A stretch of 64,000 bases of DNA from positions 101,248,001 to 101,312,000 of the forward strand of contig NC_086107.1 of assembly GCF_963921235.1 (NCBI RefSeq), given 5' to 3'. The stretch is from Mobula hypostoma. Its lineage: Eukaryota. A program made the position numbers and the translations under genes. This document shows positions 48,613 through 59,844 of the stretch, piece by piece. Position 1 is the stretch's first letter; each line of letters opens with the position of its first letter. The notes beneath the pieces are model-generated. The model saw only the letters and a list, made by a program, of their open reading frames with translations. It was not told the DNA's origin and ran no database searches.

Positions 48613-49435
48613 ATACCACTCTGCTCCGTCTAGCGGAATTAGTCTTTACTCTTAATAATTTCTCCTTTGGCTCCTCCCACTTCCTCCAGACTCAGAATCT
48701 GTCCTGGGCCCGACACGTTGATGCAACCGTGAGGAAGGCCCACTGGGTGGCTGTGCTTCACTAGGAGCTCGAGGGGCTTCGGTGTATCACCACAGACTCC
48801 GACAGCCCCGCAACAGAGAGCATTCTGGTTGGTTGTGTCTCAGTCTGGCGTGGCGGCACCAGTGTGCAGGATCAGAAGAGAACACAGAGGGCTGGAGTCT
48901 CAGACAGCTCCGCCACGGGGATAAACTTCACTGCCATCGAGGACGTCTCCAAAAGATGGGCCTCAGGAAGGAGGCGTCCATCACTAACGACCTTCCCCAT
49001 TTGGGACAGCGCCTCTTCTCATTACTATTTATTCAATTTCATCGATTTTTATGTCCTTGCATCGCAAAATAACAACTTTTTATATCTTTCCTGCAGCAAA
49101 GTAACAAGCTTTGTTGATTGATTTATTTATTGAGATACAGTGTGGGGTAGGCCCTTCCAGCCCTTTGAGCCGTGCTGCCCAGCGTGACCCCTAGCCTAAT
49201 CACAGGACAATTTACTACAGGAGTAACAAAGTAGAGTTCGTGGGGTTCATGGGCCGTTCAGAAATCTGATGGTAGAGGGGCAGAAGTTTTTTATAATTCA
49301 TTGAATGTGGGTCTTCAGACTCCTGTAGCTCCTCCCCAGTGGTAGTAGGAGGAACAGTGATTAGGTGAGATGGTGTGTGTGGCGTGAAGGAGATCAGAAG
49401 TGTCAGCGGTCCTCCACAGGCTCCTGAACGGACAT

Positions 49436-50105
49436 GAGGACATTCAGTCCTCGTTTATTGTCATTTAGAAATGCATGCATGCATTAAGAAATGATACAAT
49501 GTTCCTCCAGAGTGATATCACAAAAAAAAACAGGACAACCAAAGACTAACACTGACAAGACCACATAATTAGAACATATAGTTACAGCAGTGCGAAGCAA
49601 TACCGTAATTTGATAAAGAGCAGGCCATGCGAACGGTAAAAAAAGTCTCAAAGTTCCGATCGACTCCCGATAGTCCCCGATAGCAGGCGGCAGAAGGGAG
49701 AAACTCTCCCTGCCATAATCCTCCAGGCGCCGACAACTGCCGATGTATTGGAAGCACCCGACCACAGCCGACTTTGAGTCCGTCTGAAAACTTCGAGCCT
49801 CCGACCAGCCCTCCGACACTGAGCACCGAGCACCATCTCTGCCGAGTGCTTCGACCCCGGCCCGGCCGCCGAGCAACAAGCAAAGCCGAGGACTCGGGGC
49901 CTTCTCCTCCGGAGATTCTGGATCACACAGTAGCAGCGACAGCAAAGAAGGCATTTCAGAAGTTTCTCTAGATGTTCCTCCGTACTCTCACGTCTGTCTC
50001 CATCAAATCAGGATTGTGCACGGCACCCTACTTGACAAATAACAGATATCATTCACCAGAGCGGCCACTGCGCGCTACGTGGCGCCGTCATCTTCTCCTC
50101 CTCCC
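49436..50105 (-). mobile_element. ~660-bp non-coding retroposon with 3' hairpin
   Basis: Homologous end to end with 55851-56502; 5' GGAGAAGATG.CG, 3' AATAAA plus GAGGAC-N5-GTCCTC hairpin. Confidence 0.8.
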
Positions 50106-50969
50106 TCAATAAGATGAGCCCCTGACCTCACAATTTACTCTGTTATAATCTTGTACTTAACTATTTACCTACACTGCCCTTTCTCGGTAGCTTTTACACT
50201 TTATTCTGCATTGTTATTGTTTTACCTTGTTCTACCTCAATGCACTGTGTAATGATCTGATCTGGATGAACTATGTGCCAGACAATATTTTCACAAGAAC
50301 ATGTAGCAGCAGTAAGCCAATAATCCTAATAATGAGGAAAAGCAGAGATCTTTCATGTTGTTTTACTGACTACCAAAGAGCTGTTTTGTGACTGCCTGTA
50401 AGGAGACGAATCTCAAGCTTGTATGCAGTATACATACTTTAATAATAAATGTACTTTGAACTTTGAACAAGATGATAAGAGGCATACAAAGTGTGAATAG
50501 CCAGAGCCTTTTCCCCAGGGCGGTAATCGCTAATACAAAGGGGCATAATTTTAAAATGATTGAAGGCAGTATGGGGGGGGGGGAATGTCAAAGGGAGGTT
50601 CTTTATTGTGAGAGTGTGGGTATGTGGAACGGTTTAGGCAAACACATTGGGGGGCATTTAGTTAAGCACGTGGACGATAGAAAAATTGAGTGTTATGTAG
50701 GAGTGAAAGGTTTGAAGGGGTTAAAAGGTTGGCACAACATTGTGGGCCAAAGAGACTGTTCTGTGCTGAATTGTTCTATGTTCCATAGTTTCAAGGAAAG
50801 GGGCCAGTCATTTAAAGCTGAGGCGCGTTGAAATTTCTTCTTCAGAAGTTGTGAATCTCAGGAGTTCCCTGCTCCAGAGCATTGTGGAGGCTGGGTCAGC
50901 TTAAAGTGAAGGTTGATATACTTATGAAGGATCAGTGGGCATCTGGTACAGAGGAGGAGATGAGGCCTG

Positions 50970-51219
50970 TGTGGTAAACCATGTATATATGTTGTAACTG
51001 GGTTACCTGTCTGGACACGCCCCTCTGCTGACTGCTCCTGTGGCTCCTCCCACAGACCCCTGAATAAAGGTGATTGTGCCACTGCTCCTCCCCCAGTCCA
51101 GGACAGACACAGCATGGACGTGGATCCATTTTACTGTTAATAAAAGCCTTTCAGTATTTACTCTACTTCCAGTCTTTTGGAGTAATTGATTGTACAACCT
51201 ATATACATGGTTTACCACA
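50970..51219. mobile_element. 250-bp LTR-like/TIR element inserted in a CR1 3' end
   Basis: TG...CA ends, internal AATAAA, perfect 20-bp inverted termini TGTGGTAAACCATGTATATA. Confidence 0.65.
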
Positions 51220-51594
51220 TTCTGGGACAGATCAGCCATGATCATGTTGACTGGGGGGGGCAGCTTGAGGGGCCAAGTGGCCTACTCCTGCTCCGAGTCC
51301 CTTTGTTAGTTAGAAAGGCACAAGTTAATCTGGGACAGTCAGGAGTCTGACTGAACTTTCTAGAGAGGTGGAGAGTGGATGAGGGTATAGCTTTGCTGTC
51401 GTCTATGTGAATTTTGGCTGGCTTTTGACAGGGTCTCATGAGAAGCTGTTCAATAAAGAGAAATATACATCAGATCCATGAAAGAAGAGTAAATTGTGTC
51501 CAGAACATCCTCCATGATGAGATGGAGCAAGGAATGGTTGTCCGTTACCAGTGGGGTCTCTCTGCACTTAGTCCCCGTCCCTTACTCTCTGTAA

Positions 51595-52153
51595 TATATT
51601 ACTTGTTCGTCCATCGTCGTCGTCGATGAGGACCTCGACACCATTATTGATGGTGTTGAGACTAGCGCATGATTTGAATTTAAGTGAGGGAAAGTTGCAC
51701 AGTGTCAGCCTCACTCTCTCTTCCCAATTCCCATCTGGATCCAGTGGCAAGACAGAGTCGAGACGGCTGGAGATGGGACTAGGCACAATGGATGACCAGG
51801 ACATCTTCTGGGTCTTGTCCTGCTCTACACGTTCCACGACGCTTGCAGAGACCGTCTTCTTGACTGTTGGACCTTCCATTGGTCTCGTCCGCTCAATCCG
51901 CCGGAGTCTGTCTTCACATGCTGGGATAGACAACTTCCTATCTCACCGAGGGTTTGAGACCCGTCGGCTACCCTCACCTGGTCTAGCCGGCTTGTCGAAG
52001 CCTTTGCCCAGGGTGTGACTGCTGCCGCATGCAAACAGCTACGGGGAGCCACAGGTGAGAGCTGAGTGCCAGGTGGGGACCAAAGGTGGACAAACTGCCC
52101 TGAAAAGGACGCGACATGTTCCCCCACCAGAGGTACTACCCCTCCCTGACACC
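51595..52153 (-). mobile_element. Non-autonomous RTE-like element
   Basis: 5' GGGGTGTCAGGGAGGGGTAGTACCTCTGGTG, structured UTR-like body, 3' GACGACGATGGACGAACAAGTAA; related 5' end at ~53853. Confidence 0.45.
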
Positions 52154-52369
52154 CCATACACCCCAGGTATGTAATATAATAATGTATACCCTGTTCATGT
52201 TCCATAGTCTTTCTATTTCCTCTCTTAATTCAGCATATTTCTGCTGTTTTTCACTTACTGATTTTCATATGTTATGCGTGTTTGGAATGGCTATATCTAT
52301 TAAGAGGCATAGACTTTAGTAAAGGTGGCAGGAGAAAAGAGTATGCAAATGATAGGGAAGTTCAAAGTT

Positions 52370-53330
52370 CAGAGTAAATTTATGATCAAAGTACATATAT
52401 TTATCACAATATGCAACCCTGAGACTCATTTCCTGGTGGCATACTTAGTAAATGCATGATAGAATAGTAATCATAACACAATCAATGAAAGACCGCCCAA
52501 TCTGGGCATTCAACCAGAGCACAAAGGGCAACTAACTGTGCAAATATAAAAAGAAAGAAATAATAATAGAAAATAAATAAATAATAAACATTGAAAACAT
52601 GAGATGAAGAGTTCTTGAAAGTGAGTCCATTGGTTGTGGGAACATTTCAAAGATGAAGCAAGTGACATTGAGTGCAGGTATCTGCTCTGGTTCACCAGCC
52701 TAATGGCTGAAGGATAGTAATTATTCCTGAACCTGGTGGGGTGAGTCCTGAGGCTCCTGTACCTTCTTCCTGATGGCAGCAGCGAGAAGAGAGCACATCC
52801 TGGGTGGTGGGGGGTCCTTGATAATGGATGCTTCTTTCCCGTGACAATCATTTGTGTAGACGTGCTCAATGGTGGGGAGGGCTTTACCTGTGATGGGCTG
52901 GGCCTTATCCACTACTTCTTGTAGGATTTTCCATTCAAGGGCATTGGCGTTTCCATACCGGACTGTGATGCAGTTGGTCAATATTACTCTCCTCAACACA
53001 TCTTTCGAAGTTTGTCACAGTTTTAGAGGTTACATCGAATCTCTGCAAACTCCTAAGGAAGTAGAAGTGCTTCTGTGTTTTCTTGGCAATTGTACTTACA
53101 TGCTGGGCCCAGGACAGGTCCGCCGAAATAATGACACCCAGAAATTTAAAGTTGTTGGCCCTCTCTGCCTCTGACCCGATGATGCGGACTGGCTCATGGA
53201 CCTCTGGTTTCCTTCTCCTGTAGTCAATAATCAGCTCCTTGGTCTTGCTGACATTGAGTGAGAGGTTGTTGTGACAACACCACTAAGACAGATTTTCAGT
53301 CTCTCCCCTATATGCTGAGTCATCACCACC
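52370..53330 (-). mobile_element. Rex1/Babar-like LINE 3' fragment
   Basis: ILTNCITVRYGN...HHPGCALFSLLPSGRRYRSL...RFRN.YYPSAIRL; TGAAC-repeat tail. Confidence 0.85.
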
Positions 53331-53883
53331 TTTGAGTTGTCCCTGTGGAGGAAGGATGACAATGCAGGAGACAGAGATCGTCTGGGCACTGGGCAAAGTG
53401 GCAAACGGAACCGAATGTGAAGAAGCATGAGGTGACGCAGTTCAGTTCGTTTCGGATCCCACAACCCACCTGTGGGTCGTAGGGGTGCTTTCGCGTGCCT
53501 TGGGCTAGTGAGGCCTAGCGGTGCCCATCTCTCTCCAGGCCAGACCACAGCCGATGTCCTCCAACTCGCTCCAGTCTTGAACACTTGGCTGCTGTAGTTC
53601 TCTGGGGAACTCATCTGCCCTGGCCGGTGACTTCGTTGACACGGTCCTTCGCCCAGTGATGCCGTGTTAACGCCACCCCGCTCACGTTGTTTAGCCCGCC
53701 AGCTGAAGCAGTGTACTGGGGTGTGCCACTAGGAGGCAGATGTGAGAGATTTAGGAGATGGATGAGGACCAGAGGTGCCCGTCCACCCTACTAGGTAGAG
53801 TGCAGCTGCCAGACATCAAAGATGCTACTTCTATCCAGAGCGCCCTACACCCCAAGGCGATGCAGTATAACATGGAAAAGGCA

Positions 53884-54190
53884 TCCGTTAGTCTTGCGAG
53901 ACCATGGATCTGCGCCTGGAAAGTCTTCACTCTCCAGGGCACAGGCCTGGGGCAAGGTTGTATGGAAGACCAGCAGTTGCCCATGCTGCAAGTCTCCCCT
54001 CTCCACGACACCAATGTTGTCCAAGGGAAGGGCATTAGGACCCATACAGCTTGGCACCAGTGTCGTCGCAGAGCAATGTGTGATTAAGTGCCTTGGTCAA
54101 GGACACAACACGTTCCCTCGGCTGGGGCTCGAACTCACGACCTTCAGGTCACTAGTCCAATGCCTTAACCACTTGGCCACATGCCCACAC
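53884..54190 (-). mobile_element. tRNA-derived SINE with 15-bp TSD
   Basis: Same family as 5359; AACATGGAAAAGGCA at 53869-53883 and 54191-54205. Confidence 0.9.
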
Positions 54191-54732
54191 AACATGGAAA
54201 AGGCACAGTCAATAAATAGAAAATACAGAGAAGAAAGGAGGGAAGGGACATTGGGATGTCCGTCCCCTTGTCCTTACTGGTAGCAGGGCAGGTTAAAGAG
54301 GCAGACATGACGTATTCCTTCATCAGCCAAGGCACAGAATACAAGCCTAGGCTGGTTTATTGTTATTGTTGCATTGTTATTTTTTTCTCAGCTCAAGCTG
54401 GTATAACCTGAGGTATGAGCATAGCCAAGCACACTCATTTCTCAATTGCTAGTAACTTTCAGACTATTCTAGTGGTGTTTAGTATTGTAGCTTTCTGGAG
54501 ATTTACATAGATATTGCTGTGCAGCTACTGTGTAGTGACTTTGGGATGATACCAGTTGTAGATATTACTATCAAGACAATGTACACCCTGTTCATGTTCC
54601 ATAGTCTTTCAATTTTCTCTTTTAATTCAGCATATTTTTAATGTTTTTTACTTATTAATTTCTGTGTGTTATGTGTAGTTGGAATAGCTACATCTATTAA
54701 GTAAGTTGTTCTTGCTTGTTTATCCTGTAATA

Positions 54733-55355
54733 TGAGGGGTGATTGATAAGTTCGTAGCCTAAGGTAGAAGGAGTCAATTTTAGAAAACCTAGCACATTTA
54801 CTTTTCAACATAGTCCCCTCCTACATGTACACACTTAGTCCAGTGGTCATGGAGCATACAGATCCCTTCTTTGTAGAAGTGGTCCACAGTAGGGGTGATT
54901 GATAAATTCGTGGCCTAAGGTAGACGGGGATGAGTTATTAATTTCAAACTTTCTGCATTATCATGCAAAGAGTTGAACTGCACATGTATGTAACGAGAGT
55001 GTCTTGGACCTCCAGGTGGTCCACAGCAGGGGTGATTGCTAAGTTTGTGGCCTTGGGCAGAAGGAGGTGAGTTATACAGCTCTTGTTACGTGCACGTGCA
55101 GTTCAACTATTTGAGTGAAAATGCAGAAAGTTTGAAGTTAATAACTCATGTCCTTCTACCTTAGGCCACGAGCTTATCAATTACCCCTGCTGTGGACAAC
55201 TTTCTGGAGGTCCAAGATGCCGACTTCTACAAAGAAGGGATCTGTATGCTCCACGACCGCTGGACTAAGTGTGTAAGTGTAGGAAAAATAAATGTGCTAG
55301 GTTTTCTAAAATTGACTCCTTCTACCATAGGCCATGAACTGATCAATCACCCTCG
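54733..55355. mobile_element. Palindromic mariner-derived MITE, TA TSD, inserted in the R4 endonuclease
   Basis: TA at 54731-32 and 55356-57; ~65-bp near-perfect inverted ends; mariner C-terminus FYKEGI.ML..RW.KCV..GGDYVEK in both arms. Confidence 0.88.
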
Positions 55356-55850
55356 TATTGTATCTGGATGGTTATTGTTGGTTGTCCTATCTGTATTAAT
55401 GGATCAGTTGTAATATAATTTGTAGGAGTCTGACTCTAGAACTGGTTCAGCTTGTATTTATAATAAGGTATGGTGTCTTTTATCAGTTTGTATTTTAAAG
55501 CAAGATTTTGGTGAATAATGTTTGCCAGTTGGATTGTACCTGTGTAAGAAATCAGGTTGAGTTAAACTGCTGCAGGAGCTTGTAAAGTGTTGGATTGTTT
55601 CTGGTTTCTCTTGGCATTTTCTGCACTTATTGCCTTAAATTTATTGGTGTTTTATTATGTATTTTTGATCATCTTTTGTGTTAACCTCCTGGTCCTGTAT
55701 TTCCACAAGGAACCCCTCTGTTTCTGGGAAGAGGTCTCCAACTCTGAGCCACATGTTCGACACTTCTTGTTGACATTTAGTCTGCACAGATCATGGGGAA
55801 ATCTTCCATGCTCTTCTATTGATCAATGTTTTCTTCTATAGTGATAAAGG

Positions 55851-56502
55851 GGCAGGAGAAGATGGTGGCACAGCGCAGTGCCCGCGGCCGCTCCAAATGA
55901 TATCGTATTTGTGAACTAGGATGCTGTGTACAATCCTGATTTGATGGAGACAGCTGTGAGAAGCATGGAGGAACATCTGGAGAAACTTCTGAAATGCCCG
56001 GTGCTACTGTGCGATCAAGAATCTCCGGAGGGGAAGGCCCCAAATCCTCGGCTTTGCCTATTGCCTGTTGCCGGGGCCGGGATCAAAGCGCTCAGCAGAG
56101 ATGGTGCTCGGTGCTCGGTGTCAGAGAGCTGGTCGGAGGCTCGAAGTTTTTGGACGGACTCGGAGTCGGACTGTGGTTGGATGCTTCCAGGATGCTGCAT
56201 CGGCAAGTTTGCGGTGCTGGAAGCTCATGGCAGGGAGAGTTTCTCCCTTCAACCGTCTGTGTGAGATGATAGGACTTTTGAGAGACTTTGAGACTTTTTA
56301 CCATGCCCATGGTCTGTTCTTCTATCAAATTACAGTATTGCTTGCACTGTTGTAAGTATATGTTATAATTATGTGGTTTTTGTCAGTTTTTTTAGTCTTG
56401 GTTTGCCTTGTGTTTCTGTAATATCATTCTGGGGGAACAAATTGTATCATTTCTTAATGCATGCATTACTAAATGACAATTAAAGAGGACTGCGTGTCCT
56501 CA
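55851..56502 (+). mobile_element. ~650-bp non-coding retroposon, second copy, inserted in the R4 relic
   Basis: Homologous to 49436-50105 with different flanks. Confidence 0.8.
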
Positions 56503-57367
56503 GTTTTCTGGTGTGTATTTATCAGAATTGCATGTGATTGTGTGGAGTGCTGAATCCAATATCCTTAGAAGTTCTATCTAACTGTTGTGCAAATTTTTTT
56601 ATGTCTGTTATTCCTCTTCCTCCTTCTCTCCAAGGTAGTGTTAACCTCAGTGTGTTCAAGTGTTTTCTAAAATTTATCATTTCAATTCTTATTTTTCTTT
56701 GTAAATTTTCCAGATTGGTTTTGGAACAAGATACTATGCCAAAAGAATACGTTAATATGGGTATAGCGGAAGTGTTTAATTACCTTTGTTATACTTTTAC
56801 TGTTGAGCTCTGTTTGGGAGATTTTCTCAACCTTGAAGTAAATTCTGCTGGAAGTTTCCCTTTATTGCACTATGATCTATTTTCTTTGTTTGTTGCTATC
56901 CCAAATACTTATATATTTCATATTCATCCATCGGTTGTATTGTATCCTGCTGCTCTGTTTTTATATTCTACTAGCTCGATTGCACCTTTCTTTATGTTCT
57001 GCACTTACCTAGTACATGTTTATATACCTTTCAAAATAGCTCTACTATTTGAATTAATTGCTTTAGCTTTATTGATGAAGGAGCGTATCATTTCAAGTCA
57101 TCCATGTATAGAAGATATGTCAAGGTATAATTTGTTTGGTTGTCTCTTATTTGATACCCCATTTTCATCTGATTCAGTAAATTAGAGAGTGGAGTTAAAA
57201 CTAGACAAAATCATAGTGGGCTTAGAGAGTCACCTTGGAAAATGCCTTGGTTTATTTTGGTAACAGTGGTCGTCCTTTTTTGTTATTAATAAATAAGGTG
57301 ATTATAGTACCCCATTGCTTCAGCAGATGTTGGAAATGTTGGAATTTCATAAGTATTGGGTGTAATT

Positions 57368-57374
<7 letters not shown>

Positions 57375-57410
<36 letters not shown>

Positions 57411-57464
57411 AGACACAGACACAGACACACACACAGACACAGACACACACAGACACACACACAC
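57375..57464. repeat. (AC)n/(ACAGAC)n microsatellite inside the R4 RT
   Basis: R4 reading frame (SWLIGM | YKLHP) continues on both sides. Confidence 0.9.
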
Positions 57465-59844
57465 ATTCCTATTAACCATGAAGTAAAATCTGGACAGAAT
57501 CAAATGCTCTTTAGTAGTCAGTATAACAACATGAAAGATCTCTGCTTTTCCTCATTATTAGGATTATTGGCTTACTGTTGCTATAGGTTCTTGTGAAAAT
57601 ATTGTCTGGCACACTGTTCATACAGGTGAGATCATTACACAGTGCATTGAGGTAGAACAAGGTAATAACAATGCAGGATAAAGTGTAAAAGCTACCGAGA
57701 AAGGGCAGTGCAGGCAAACAGTTAAGTACAGGATTATAACGGAGTAAATTGTGAGGGCAGGGGTCCATCTTGTTGTACAAGATGTCCGTTCAGGAGCCTG
57801 TGGAGGACTGCTGACACTTCTGATCTCCTTCACGCCACACACACCATCTCACCTGGATGCATAATCACTGCTCCTTCTTCGTTCAGATCCAGGAGCCTCC
57901 TCTCCAGCAGCGCTGGGGGGTGGTACCACTCACCAGAAGGACTCCACAACAGTTTCACTACCACAATTAGATCATTGGAGACGGACAATAAATGCTAAGA
58001 GTTGCCTCTGATCCTGTGGCCTGGATATAATAAATATAAAAATGCTCCAGGTGAAAATCTGTGGGGATTCTTAGGAATATAAACATCTTGAATATCTCTT
58101 GTGAAAAAAAAAATTGGAAGTTCTTGTTTACATCAGGAAGAGTCTACTGGCAGCAGAAGTGACTGTAAAGTAACTGGGTTTCTGCTCTTGTTCGGTCCAG
58201 CCCTGTATGAGCCCAGACTTAGACCAGAATAATTAATTCTTCATGACCCGTAGCTTGGTCTAGCCAGTCACTCTGCTGATCTATAAATACTTGAAATCCA
58301 TATCCTACTCCAATGCCTTGAACTCCAATACCCCGAATGGAAAATGCTGCAAACAGTAATGGATCCATCACAGGTGAAGCCCTCCCCACCACTGAGCACA
58401 TCTACACGGAGCGCTGTCACTGGAAAGCAGCATCCATCATCAAGGACTCCCCCCACCATCCAGCCCATACTCTCTTCTTGCTACTACCCTCCAGCCAGAG
58501 GTCCAGCAGGCTTAGGTCACACCACCAGGTTCAGGAACTGTTATTAACATTCAGCATTTTTTACTAGAGGTGAGTAACATTAAAATCAATAATTAAGAAC
58601 AGGCAATTAATTTTCTGATCAGAAACTAATTCAGAGGATTATTACTCAGCTAAGTGATGAACAAAATTGATCAATGTTTGCGACTGTATTTGACAGAAGA
58701 GATCAAATCCAAGCCAGCATTAAACACAGGGAATTAATTTCAGGTCAGCTTTTAAAACAAGATTAATAATTAGACTTAGCCTAAACACAAACAATTAATG
58801 CGCAAAGCCACACAAACACAGAGCAGTTAGTGGTCACATTAGCTTTGAATACGAGAAATTAATGGTCAGATCAGCATGAAACATGGGTAATCAATGTGCA
58901 GATTAACATTAAGCATGAAAGAATAAGGCTTGGATCAGCACTAAATCATAAGGACAGGAACAAGACAAGATCATTGTAACCCACATGGTTACAGGAGGAG
59001 CATGCAAACTCCACACAGACAGCTCCTGAGGTCAGGATTGCATTTGTCAGAATTATTCTACATTGTTTCTCTTGTCTCTAGATGATTTAGCAATGTTTTC
59101 TTATTTTTTTCTATTTTATTTTCATCAAATGTTTAGCCATCCTTTCACCACTTTGAATACTCTCCCAACCTCTTTTCATAGACTTTCTTTGGAGCACAAC
59201 AAGTCTCTTTGCTCACTCTCACACCGTCCAGATTTTGTCACACGTGGGTCACCCTTCCTGTGAAGTTTCTAAGTTTTAGTGGAAGGTAGAATTGGGAACC
59301 GTGAAATATTTCTCCAAATGCCTGAGACAGCTTATGTCCTGTCCATGTTTTTAATCCCATTTCCCAATCTTATCCCTCGCCCTTGGCAACTAACTGATTT
59401 ATTTTATTTTAAGGCTGTGGGGTTTTAACTCAAGTTTGTCACTCTCAGAGGGAACACAATATTCTGTCATGTTATGATCACCCTTCCCCAAATAACCTTT
59501 TTGTAAGGTCACAAATTTATTTATTACATGTGGCAACAAGCATATCTTCCAGTGACAGGCAATCCACCTGAACTAGTCTAAGTCATGACCAAGGAAGGAG
59601 AGTGGAGGGATACAGGGAAAACCGATTTGTTCGCCCAGCGAGTGAAAGGGAGAACACTGGTGTTCGTAATTAAAGGAGTGATAACAGAGCATGAAGGAGC
59701 AAAGAACCTGACTGGCTAAAGCTGACATGAGCTTCTAAAAGAAAATGGTGTTTAATAAAGTTCTCTGAGAATTTAGTTGGCAGGAGTTGACAAGGGAGAA
59801 CAAGTGATCCATAAAACAGCAGGACAGATCACCTAGAAACTAGA

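Larger units (their letters stand above)
54380..57570 (-). pseudogene. Decayed R4/Dong-clade non-LTR retrotransposon (RT, CCHC knuckle, restriction-like endonuclease)
   Basis: Manual minus-strand translation: DY*RAFDSV, LLYMDDLK*YA, WLRVGDLFPETEGFL..IQDQ, CRKCQEKPETIQH..SSC, NHPD.IL.DK....YLIDVAIP, KYAEL...IERLW. Confidence 0.88.

Noticed and set aside
56538..57185. 215-aa hydrophobic ORF resembling a membrane protein
   Set aside because: Antisense to the A-rich R4/Dong RT relic.
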